Assembly (NCBI GenBank): GCA_002729175.1
Contig: PBTS01000026.1
Coordinates: forward strand, 1 to 11,948
Reading direction: 5' to 3'
Source: Fidelibacterota bacterium
GTDB lineage: Bacteria > Fidelibacterota > Marinisomatia > Marinisomatales > S15-B10
DNA length: 11,948 nucleotides
The notes under the pieces are model-generated. The model was not told the DNA's origin. It did not search any database and was given only the letters and a program-made list of their open reading frames with translations. The position numbers and the translations under genes are program-made. Positions 1 to 7,285 of the stretch are shown in pieces; positions within the stretch are counted from its first letter, which is position 1; each line of letters opens with the position of its first letter.

Positions 1-1
1 C

Positions 2-1882
2 CAGAACAAGTTTCACCCTCAGTTCACCCTTGACCAGCACCAGATGGGTTCCAGGGGTGCCCGAATCTTTGTTCCGCCTTTTGAAGATCCTTGGGAACCG
101 GGTATTGATCCTGCCCTCATTGCATCCAACAATATGATTGGGACTTACATGGGCCAATACCTTACCTCTCGAGGATTAAAGGGTGTGGAGTGGAAAAACC
201 GTTACGATGCTTGGACACCAGCCCGTGCCTATTATCACTACCACGGTGGCGTACGCATTTTGACGGAAGTGGCGAGCGCCAATTTTGCCGATGAAATTGA
301 TATCCCTTTTGACAGCCTCAATGTCGATTATCAACGGGTACGGTGGAATTTTCCCATGCCTTGGGAGGGAGGTAAATGGACTTTTAAGGAGATTGTGAAT
401 TATCACTACACTTCTTCCATGTCTGCCTTGCTTGCAGGCGCAGACCTACGGGAACAACTCCTTGCAGGTATGGCTACTTCTCAAAAACGGTCTATTCAAC
501 CTGGTGAAGATTCTCCATTTGCTTTTATAGTTCCTGATAATCAAACGGATCCTCCCACTGCTACAAAACTTCTCCAAGTTCTGGAGATGGCCGATGTTGA
601 GATTGAACAAGCCTCAACCTCTTTTTCAGTTGCTGGCAAAAAGTATGGTGAAGGATCACACGTTATCAGGTTTGCGCAGCCAGCTGGTCGATTCGCGAAA
701 ACTGTTCTCGAGCGACAGGATTACCCGAAGATTTTCATGTACGAAGGAGGTCCTTTAGATCCTCCCTATGATGTGACGGCACATACATTGCCTCTTCTAA
801 TGAATGTGGATGTTGATTTTGTCTATGAACCTTTTTCAGTCAACTTGAACAAAGTAGATGAGATTCAATTTTCCAAAGGTTCTGTGAAAGATGGCAGCAA
901 TACCGTAGCATGGCTTCTGGATCCCCGGGTTGATCACAGTTATTCGGCGGCCGTTGAGCTAGCCAATCATGGACTGACCCGAGCGATGGAACGGTTCACT
1001 GCCGGGGGTACTGTCTGGCCCGCTGGAACATTTGTTCTGGAAAGGCGCTCTTCCGATGAAATGACAGGCGGAATGGCAGGCCTTGTGAAAGATATTGCTT
1101 CACGATTTCATATTGATATCACGGGGGTGGAAAATTTTCCTAATGTTTCCTTAAAGCCTGTAACTACGCCAAAAGTTGCTATTTATCAAAGTTATTCACC
1201 CAGCATGCCTGAGGGGTGGTTCAGATGGGTGCTCGATGAACACAAAATCCCGTACGATATTCTTCATTATAATGATATCAATGATGATGGGTTGTCCAAC
1301 TATTCTGTCCTCTTTTTACCTCCGGGAGGCGGATCTCCAAAGATGATGGTTGAAGGTCAGACGAATATGGAAAACCCAACACCACCAGCTTATGCTCATG
1401 GAATTGGCGAAGAAGGTGTTGATGCTCTTGATAAGTTTGTCCAAAGCGGCGGGATTTTGTATACCTGGTCAGGAGCTTGGCGCTTTCTGGAACAATATAT
1501 GAATGTTGGCGTAAAGGCCGTAAATGATGGTTTAGATAGGACAGAGTTCAATATTCCCGGTTCACTTTTAAGAGTAAATGTAGACACCAGTCATCCTATC
1601 GGTTTTGGCCTTACCGATGAGACAGCCATCTTCTTCCGACGGGACAGTGCCTGGCCTGCCGATATGGGTGGCGCAAATGTGATTGCAAGTTATCCTCCTG
1701 ATGAACTACTGTTGTCAGGGTGGATTCAAGGTGAGGACGTACTAGTCAATCAGGCTGCCATGGTTGAGATTCCCCGCGGTAAGGGGAGAATGATTATGAC
1801 GGGGTTCTATCCAGAATACAGAGGCCAGGCTCACCAAACCTACAAAATGATGTTTAACGCCATTTTCTATGCTGGTAATTGA
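2..1882 (+). CDS. M14 family zinc carboxypeptidase-like protein with C-terminal class I glutamine amidotransferase-like domain (5'-truncated by window)
   Basis: The frame is open from base 2 (QNKFHPQFTLDQHQMG...), so the ATG at 44 is internal. DQHQMG matches the M14 D-x-H-[EQ]-M-G Zn-ligand motif (His at 38-40) and ILTEVAS carries the likely catalytic Glu. PYDVTAHTLPLLM and a C-terminal GATase-like region (EGWFRWVLD, FVQSGGIL, GKGRMIMTGFYPEYRGQ) are typical of this large M14 subfamily. Tandem TGA TGA stops at 1880-1885. Confidence 0.82.
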   Translation, partial: QNKFHPQFTLDQHQMGSRGARIFVPPFEDPWEPGIDPALIASNNMIGTYMGQYLTSRGLKGVEWKNRYDAWTPARAYYHYHGGVRILTEVASANFADEIDIPFDSLNVDYQRVRWNFPMPWEGGKWTFKEIVNYHYTSSMSALLAGADLREQLLAGMATSQKRSIQPGEDSPFAFIVPDNQTDPPTATKLLQVLEMADVEIEQASTSFSVAGKKYGEGSHVIRFAQPAGRFAKTVLERQDYPKIFMYEGGPLDPPYDVTAHTLPLLMNVDVDFVYEPFSVNLNKVDEIQFSKGSVKDGSNTVAWLLDPRVDHSYSAAVELANHGLTRAMERFTAGGTVWPAGTFVLERRSSDEMTGGMAGLVKDIASRFHIDITGVENFPNVSLKPVTTPKVAIYQSYSPSMPEGWFRWVLDEHKIPYDILHYNDINDDGLSNYSVLFLPPGGGSPKMMVEGQTNMENPTPPAYAHGIGEEGVDALDKFVQSGGILYTWSGAWRFLEQYMNVGVKAVNDGLDRTEFNIPGSLLRVNVDTSHPIGFGLTDETAIFFRRDSAWPADMGGANVIASYPPDELLLSGWIQGEDVLVNQAAMVEIPRGKGRMIMTGFYPEYRGQAHQTYKMMFNAIFYAGN

Positions 1883-1917
1883 TGAGTGTAGAGGAAAAAG
1901 GACAAATGGGCCGTGAT

Positions 1918-1945
1918 TTGAACTCTCTGCAATGTTCCGTAAACT
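1918..1945 (+). promoter_or_regulatory. Possible sigma70-like promoter for the TlpA gene
   Basis: TTGAAC (1918-1923), 16-nt spacer, TAAACT (1940-1945), 24 nt upstream of ATG 1970. Motif match only. Confidence 0.3.
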
Positions 1946-1969
1946 TGTAACGAATAATAGCTAAAGAAA

Positions 1970-2512
1970 ATGGATGTAAAGAAAATAGTTGCTGTCGCAG
2001 TTATAGTTATGGGAGTGCTCATTGCCGGTATATTTTTTAGCGGGAATGAGGGAAATGCGTCTCTAGCTGTGGCTGAAGTCGCATCAGTTTCAGAAGTTTC
2101 TTCCTCCAACAAAGCACCCGATTTTTCCCTAAGTGATATGCAAGGTAATGAAGTTTCTCTATCTGATTTCAAAGGGAATATAGTCATCATAAACTTTTGG
2201 GCTACCTGGTGTGGCCCGTGTCGATTTGAGATTCCTGACCTCATTGATCTACAAGAAAAATATAACGGAGATCTGGTTGTTCTTGGTGTCTCTCTCGATT
2301 ATGACGGCCCGTCGGTCGTTCCTCAATTCGCTGAAAGGTTGGGAATCAGTTATCCAGTTCTTTACGGTAATGGGCGGGTTGCGAACCGCTACGGCGGTGT
2401 TACCGGTATCCCCACAACTTTTGTCATCGACAGGGATATGAATGTCTACAGGCGATACATAGGCTACCGTCCCCAAACTGTCTTTGAAAAAGATATCCAA
2501 GATCTGATCTAA
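1970..2512 (+). CDS. TlpA/ResA/CcmG-like membrane-anchored thiol-disulfide oxidoreductase (redoxin)
   Basis: N-terminal hydrophobic anchor, APDFSL...SLSDFKG, INFWATWCGPCRFEIP (WCGPC at 2207-2221), and the cis-Pro loop GIPTTFVID. Confidence 0.93.
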   Translation: MDVKKIVAVAVIVMGVLIAGIFFSGNEGNASLAVAEVASVSEVSSSNKAPDFSLSDMQGNEVSLSDFKGNIVIINFWATWCGPCRFEIPDLIDLQEKYNGDLVVLGVSLDYDGPSVVPQFAERLGISYPVLYGNGRVANRYGGVTGIPTTFVIDRDMNVYRRYIGYRPQTVFEKDIQDLI

Positions 2513-2528
2513 ACTATTAACTGATGGA

Positions 2529-2561
2529 AAAGCCGGAGCCCCTTTCGGCTTTCACTTCTTT
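2529..2561 (+). terminator. Putative intrinsic terminator after the TlpA gene
   Basis: AAAGCCG (2529-2535) pairs with CGGCTTT (2546-2552), extendable by GAG/TTT wobble pairs around a CCCC loop, followed by a pyrimidine-rich tail (cacttcttt). Confidence 0.55.
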
Positions 2562-2588
2562 GAGAACAATCTTCTTTTGGGTTATACT
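2560..2588 (+). promoter_or_regulatory. Sigma70-like promoter for the propeller-cytochrome-FG-GAP cassette
   Basis: TTGAGA (2560-2565), 17-nt spacer, TATACT (2583-2588). Each hexamer is 5/6 to consensus. It lies just after the hairpin and 33 nt before ATG 2622. Confidence 0.6.
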
Positions 2589-2621
2589 TAATTCATGGAG
2601 ATTCAATAGAGACAGAAGATA

Positions 2622-3695
2622 ATGAAACATTTACGTTTTCTTTTTTTCTCCATGGTTTTACTTATGAGTTGTAATGATCCCATTGGAGAGGAGACTGTTA
2701 TCAAAGCTTATGTTACTCTTCAGGGTATTGATCAGGTTGCGGTGGTGGATATTGCCGGCAGAGAAGTTATGAAATATGTGGATGTAGACATCCTCAACAC
2801 CGGTGACCGCCCTCATTACGTTGTTGTAGACCAAATGCACGGATACTGGTATGTAACACTCATCTCTTCAGGCTATGTGCTGAAATTCGATATAAAAGAT
2901 GATGAATTAGTTGATTCGGTAAAAGTGGACAATATGCCTGCCCTTATGGCTATTGATGCCTCGACCCAGACACTCTATGTCTCCCGGTTCATGCCCATGC
3001 CGGCCGTGGGTATGATGGGTTCTAATTCCACGGTGATCAATGTCATTGATACAGCTACCATGACGGTCACCGGTGATGTATCGGTGGGAGCTCGGTCGCC
3101 TCACGGTATTGCTATAAGTTCCGATGGTAAGACCCTTTGGGTAGTCAGCAATGAGGCTTCCCACTTTTTCAAAATCCAAACCTCCCAGATGTTTGTCGAA
3201 GGTTATGAACCTGAAAGTTTCAAGTTGGGTCACAATGTACCCGACAGTTATGCCATTAACGATATGTTTTATAATGCTTTGGAACTTGAGCTGAGCCATG
3301 ATGACACGAAACTTTTCGTCACCTGCTCAGGATCAGATGAGGTGCGGGTTTTTAACACTGTTACCGGTGATAGTCTTGATACATACCCACTTGCCAAACA
3401 GCCTTGGCACCTTGTTTTAAGTGATGATGATAAGAACCTATTTGTGACCAACAGAAGCGGAGGGAGTATAAGTAAGATCAACCTTTCCAATGGATCTGTT
3501 TCAGTTCTCTCTGATAGCCTTATTGCTTTGCCACACGGGTGTGGTCTGACAACAGATGAAACAAATCTTTTGGTAAGCTCTTCGGAGGGTAACCGTCTTT
3601 TAGTCATAGATACAGAATCGATGGTTATTTCGGACGTCATCAACCTAGAAATGCCTATGTCTATGCCAACAGGTCTTGCCGTAGTGCGGGAATAG
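2622..3695 (+). CDS. YncE/YVTN-like beta-propeller lipoprotein (probably 7 blades), His/Met-rich
   Basis: Signal peptide with lipobox LMSC (Cys17). Repeated ~42-aa blade units (AYVT, WYVT, LYVS, LWVV, LFVT, LFVT, LLVS), mostly preceded by P-x-G-like motifs, plus DG/DD turns (SSDGKTLWV, SDDDKNLFVTN). Confidence 0.85.
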   Translation: MKHLRFLFFSMVLLMSCNDPIGEETVIKAYVTLQGIDQVAVVDIAGREVMKYVDVDILNTGDRPHYVVVDQMHGYWYVTLISSGYVLKFDIKDDELVDSVKVDNMPALMAIDASTQTLYVSRFMPMPAVGMMGSNSTVINVIDTATMTVTGDVSVGARSPHGIAISSDGKTLWVVSNEASHFFKIQTSQMFVEGYEPESFKLGHNVPDSYAINDMFYNALELELSHDDTKLFVTCSGSDEVRVFNTVTGDSLDTYPLAKQPWHLVLSDDDKNLFVTNRSGGSISKINLSNGSVSVLSDSLIALPHGCGLTTDETNLLVSSSEGNRLLVIDTESMVISDVINLEMPMSMPTGLAVVRE

Positions 3696-3707
3696 TAAAA
3701 AGCTATT

Positions 3708-5120
3708 GTGTATTATATCACAAGATTTCTTCTGATCGTCATTTTTTTTCTTGTCGACTGTGAACACACCCAAGATTTAACCCGGCTTGAAGAAAAAAAA
3801 CTCCCCATTCAAACCTCTTTTAAGGTAGCGGACTTTGAGCCGGCAACGGACTGCAAATCTTGTCATCCCGTCCATTTCAAAGAATGGTCCGGCTCAATGC
3901 ACGCCTATGCCCTGAAGGATCCTCTCTGGTTTTCCCTACAAAAAAAGGAGCAGGCTCACTTTTCGGCTGAAGGAAAGGAGCTTGGCCAATTCTGTATCAT
4001 GTGCCACAGTCCCGTCGCCTTTCTTACGGATGCTATCGAAGAGCCGTCATCATTTGATATAAGTGACACTTCTAAATACGCGCCTCAGATACAGGAAGGA
4101 ATCGGTTGTTCATTTTGCCACTCAACAACACATTTTTCTCCTACTACCGACGCTTATCCTGCAATTGAAGAGACTGATATTATAGAATTTAATCTGAATA
4201 CAGGTGATGTGAAATATGGAACAATCAGAAATCCCATCTCAAACAATTTTCATGAATCGGAGTACCATCCAGATTATGACAACTCTGAATATTGTCGGGG
4301 TTGTCACAACCTGACTATTGATGGTCAAGGTGCTGAAATGACTTTCACTGAATGGTCCGGAACTGCCTTTGAAGCAATGGGTGTAGAGTGCCAAAGTTGT
4401 CATATGGCAACATACGCTGGCTATGCGGTTGATAAAGATCAATTTCCTGAAGCGCCCTACCGGGAAAATCTTCATACTCACACATTTGCAGGTATTGATC
4501 AGGCGCTAACATTCTTCAGGGAAGAGGAGTCCCAGGTTACAGCTATCCAAAACCTGTTGAAGTCAGCAGCTGAGATGAATTTTGCATCAGCTCTTCCCGA
4601 TTCTCTCACAAACGGCGAAACTTTGGAGCTAAGCGTACTGGTGACCAACAGCTCAGGTCACAATCTTCCAACGGGAACAACTTTTTCCCGGCAGCTGTGG
4701 GTTGAAGTGACGGCTGTGGCAGGAGGTGATACCATTTACCGCAGCGGTAACCAAAATGATGAGGATGACCTCTATGATTTTCACATTGATCCTGACGGCA
4801 CAGAAGATCCTGATCTAACACTTTTTAGAACAGTCCTCTATAACGCTGAGGGAGACTCAGGACTCCGCCAAGTTGCTGTAGAGCGGTTTGTGCGAAAAAC
4901 AGACACCACTCTTCCTGTTCAGGGATCGAGAATAGTCCTCTACAGTTTTTCTGTTCCCGACGATTCTCAAGGCAATCTTGATTTGACAATTCGACTCCGT
5001 TTTAGGGCTTTGCCACCATTTTTTGTGAGAGAATTTGGATCCGGGATTGAGGCGCTACCCCTGAAGATTTTTAATATTGCTGAGCTGACTGAAACTATTC
5101 CTATTCGGTCATCACAATGA
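3708..5120 (+). CDS. Exported pentaheme c-type cytochrome (cytochrome c554-like family) with C-terminal beta-rich domain
   Basis: GTG start. Five CxxCH motifs: CKSCH 3852-3866, CIMCH 3993-4007, CSFCH 4107-4121, CRGCH 4293-4307, CQSCH 4389-4403. Family-type motifs EWSGSMHAYA..DP, HTHTFAG and GHNLPTG...RQLW. Hydrophobic N-terminus ends in Cys18 (atypical lipobox LVDC). Confidence 0.9.
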   Translation: MYYITRFLLIVIFFLVDCEHTQDLTRLEEKKLPIQTSFKVADFEPATDCKSCHPVHFKEWSGSMHAYALKDPLWFSLQKKEQAHFSAEGKELGQFCIMCHSPVAFLTDAIEEPSSFDISDTSKYAPQIQEGIGCSFCHSTTHFSPTTDAYPAIEETDIIEFNLNTGDVKYGTIRNPISNNFHESEYHPDYDNSEYCRGCHNLTIDGQGAEMTFTEWSGTAFEAMGVECQSCHMATYAGYAVDKDQFPEAPYRENLHTHTFAGIDQALTFFREEESQVTAIQNLLKSAAEMNFASALPDSLTNGETLELSVLVTNSSGHNLPTGTTFSRQLWVEVTAVAGGDTIYRSGNQNDEDDLYDFHIDPDGTEDPDLTLFRTVLYNAEGDSGLRQVAVERFVRKTDTTLPVQGSRIVLYSFSVPDDSQGNLDLTIRLRFRALPPFFVREFGSGIEALPLKIFNIAELTETIPIRSSQ

Positions 5121-7219
5121 GGCGGGCCATCAGGCTCACTTTGCTTACACTGTTACCATTTTGTCTGTGGGCTCAAACCTTGACCCGCATGGTGGCGAAG
5201 TTTCCTGTGATTGTTGAAGGAGATACATTGAGTATGCCATTCTCCGGTGGATTCAACGGCCCTGTACCTCAGTTTCTTGACTGGGATGATGATGGTTTTC
5301 TGGATTTGTTCATCACCGATGGTGATGGACGCATTCAACATTATGAGACCGATGGATCAACACCGGACTCTTTCACACTTATGACGCGCTCCTTTAATGA
5401 TCTTATCATCGGATTCTGGTTCCGTTTTATCGATTATGACCTGGACGGTGACCATGATCTTATCTTTTCGAGCGCATTCCCGGTAGCAGGTGGTTCTTAT
5501 GCATGTGTTGTCTACGAAAATGTAGATGGCACTCTTACGTTGAGAACAGAGAGTCTGTTGGATGATCAGGGTAGAGTGCTCTCAGTTGGCTCGGTTGTGA
5601 TTCCCACTATTGCTGATATAGACGGGGACGATTGGCCAGACCTCTTCATCGGTAGTGTGGCCGGCACGGTGACCAAGTACCGCAATTTGGGAATGAGGAA
5701 TAATCTTCCTCTTTTCCAATTTCAGACCAACACTTTCCAAAATATTATGCTGGTCTGGTCACCGGGGAGAGGTAGACTTCATGGCGCCAGCGCACTGGAA
5801 TTTTTTGACATAGATGCTGACGGAGATAAAGATCTTTTCTGGGGTGATTTATATCAGCCTGGGCTCTTCTTTCTAGAAAACATAGGGGATTCAGAAGTTC
5901 CTGTCATTCTTGATAGCCTAGTAGAGGTTGAATATCCGCCTCAGTCTCCCCTCAAGACAGCTGGTTTCAATGTACCCAGATTCTCCGACCTGGACGGTGA
6001 CGGTGACAGCGAACTTTTTGTGGGTGTCCAGTCAGGCGTTTATGGTACCGATTTTGTAAACAACTTCGTTTATTACTCAAATAAGGGAAGTGACACACTA
6101 GCTAATCTTGTCTATGAAAGGGATAATTTTCTTAAAATCCTCGATCTTGGTTCGGCATCCGTACCTGTCTTTGCTGACATAGACAGTGATGGTGATGAGG
6201 ATCTGTTCGTAGGAAATGAGTTTAATGATGAATTGCCCGGCCTCCGGGGTACCGTTTTTTTCTTCAGGAATATGGGGGATGCCATAACCCCTGTTTTCAC
6301 TCTGGAGGATTCAGCAGTTTTTCCCGATCTCACTGGGAACAACCTTGCTCCGACATTCGGAGATCTTGACGCTGATGGTGATCTGGATGTGGTGATAGGG
6401 GATTGGAATGGCAAGATATTTCATTACGAAAATACAGGAACAGCGGAGGTTGCTGATTTTGCGTACCGAGGACAGTTTTTGGATATAGATGTGGGTGGCC
6501 TTGCTCATCCGGCGTTGGGTGATCTGGACGGTGATAGCGATTTGGATCTGGTCGTAGGACAGAATGAGGGTGCCATTATTTACTGGAGTAATGAGGGAAC
6601 CGCTGTTCAAACTGGTTTTGAGTTTCAATCTGAGGATATTTTTACAGGAACAGATTTGGGAACACAGTCGGCACCCTATTTAGTTGACCTTGATGATGAC
6701 GGAGATCTTGATATACTTATTGGGAATGCTGCTGGTGAGCTATTTTTTGCTAAACAAGAGAATGGTATTTGGTCAGTCACCAAGATTACACATTTGCCAT
6801 ACTCCGGCCCACAGACCTCACCTGCTATCGCCCATCTGAATGGAGACGGCGAGCTTGAACTGGTGCTGGGGACATGGCACGGCGGACTTCAGCTCTACCA
6901 GATTGATATGAGTTCGGCGGCCGTAGAATTCACTCTGTTACCTACTGAGATCGGACAGCTTAACACTTATCCTAACCCCTTTAACGGTCGCCTCACTATT
7001 TCTCTTACCATACCGAGCGCCGAAACTTTGAACATCTCAGTCTGGAATTTATTAGGTGAGAAAGTTGGGACCATCAATGACGGTCCTTTACCGGTAGGTC
7101 GGCACCGTTTCAGCTGGAAAACTGGGGAACTTTCCTCCGGCATTTATTTTATCAGAGCCGAATCTGATGGGGGTACAAAACCGTGGCACACAGTACGAAA
7201 AGTGATTTATCTTAAGTAA
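5117..7219 (+). CDS. FG-GAP/VCBS repeat protein with T9SS type-A C-terminal sorting domain
   Basis: Sec-type signal peptide (LWA/Q). Ten D-x-D-x-D-G-x-x-D-L type repeats, the last degenerate. C-terminal YPNPFN...WNLLGEKV...LSSGIYFI...RKVIYLK (6968-7216). The start overlaps the cytochrome stop codon (ATGA, 5117-5120). Confidence 0.9.
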   Translation: MRRAIRLTLLTLLPFCLWAQTLTRMVAKFPVIVEGDTLSMPFSGGFNGPVPQFLDWDDDGFLDLFITDGDGRIQHYETDGSTPDSFTLMTRSFNDLIIGFWFRFIDYDLDGDHDLIFSSAFPVAGGSYACVVYENVDGTLTLRTESLLDDQGRVLSVGSVVIPTIADIDGDDWPDLFIGSVAGTVTKYRNLGMRNNLPLFQFQTNTFQNIMLVWSPGRGRLHGASALEFFDIDADGDKDLFWGDLYQPGLFFLENIGDSEVPVILDSLVEVEYPPQSPLKTAGFNVPRFSDLDGDGDSELFVGVQSGVYGTDFVNNFVYYSNKGSDTLANLVYERDNFLKILDLGSASVPVFADIDSDGDEDLFVGNEFNDELPGLRGTVFFFRNMGDAITPVFTLEDSAVFPDLTGNNLAPTFGDLDADGDLDVVIGDWNGKIFHYENTGTAEVADFAYRGQFLDIDVGGLAHPALGDLDGDSDLDLVVGQNEGAIIYWSNEGTAVQTGFEFQSEDIFTGTDLGTQSAPYLVDLDDDGDLDILIGNAAGELFFAKQENGIWSVTKITHLPYSGPQTSPAIAHLNGDGELELVLGTWHGGLQLYQIDMSSAAVEFTLLPTEIGQLNTYPNPFNGRLTISLTIPSAETLNISVWNLLGEKVGTINDGPLPVGRHRFSWKTGELSSGIYFIRAESDGGTKPWHTVRKVIYLK

Positions 7220-7285
7220 TTGTGTGAAACTTTTCTTGCATAGAATCATTGAAGCGGTAATACAATTCAATTGAAAGGAAGTGAA

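Noticed and set aside
44..46. ATG 44 as start of the peptidase
   Set aside because: The frame is open to the window edge and a Zn-ligand motif lies upstream, so the true start is outside the window.
1880..1885. TGA TGA as selenocysteine read-through
   Set aside because: The protein ends at a family-typical terminus (FNAIFY) and no SECIS-like hairpin follows. It is a simple tandem stop.
3742..3800. T8 and A8 homopolymers near the cytochrome 5' end as phase-variation tracts
   Set aside because: The tracts are short, encode ordinary Ile/Phe and Glu/Lys runs, and the frame is intact.
2622..5120. Assignment as NirS/NirF, NosZ, NrfA or hydrazine synthase
   Set aside because: The propeller has no CxxCH or CuA domain, the cytochrome has no CxxCK, and no nir/nos/nrf/hzs accessory genes are present in the window.
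5260..6870. Recurring GAYCTGGAYGGTGAY-like DNA repeats
   Set aside because: Explained by the FG-GAP protein repeats. They are degenerate and are not a CRISPR or non-coding array.
7220..7270. Promoter for degQ (TTGCAT...TACAAT, or ECF-like TGAAAC/GAAACTT)
   Set aside because: The sigma70 spacing is 19 nt and no correctly spaced ECF -10 element is evident. Too weak to call.
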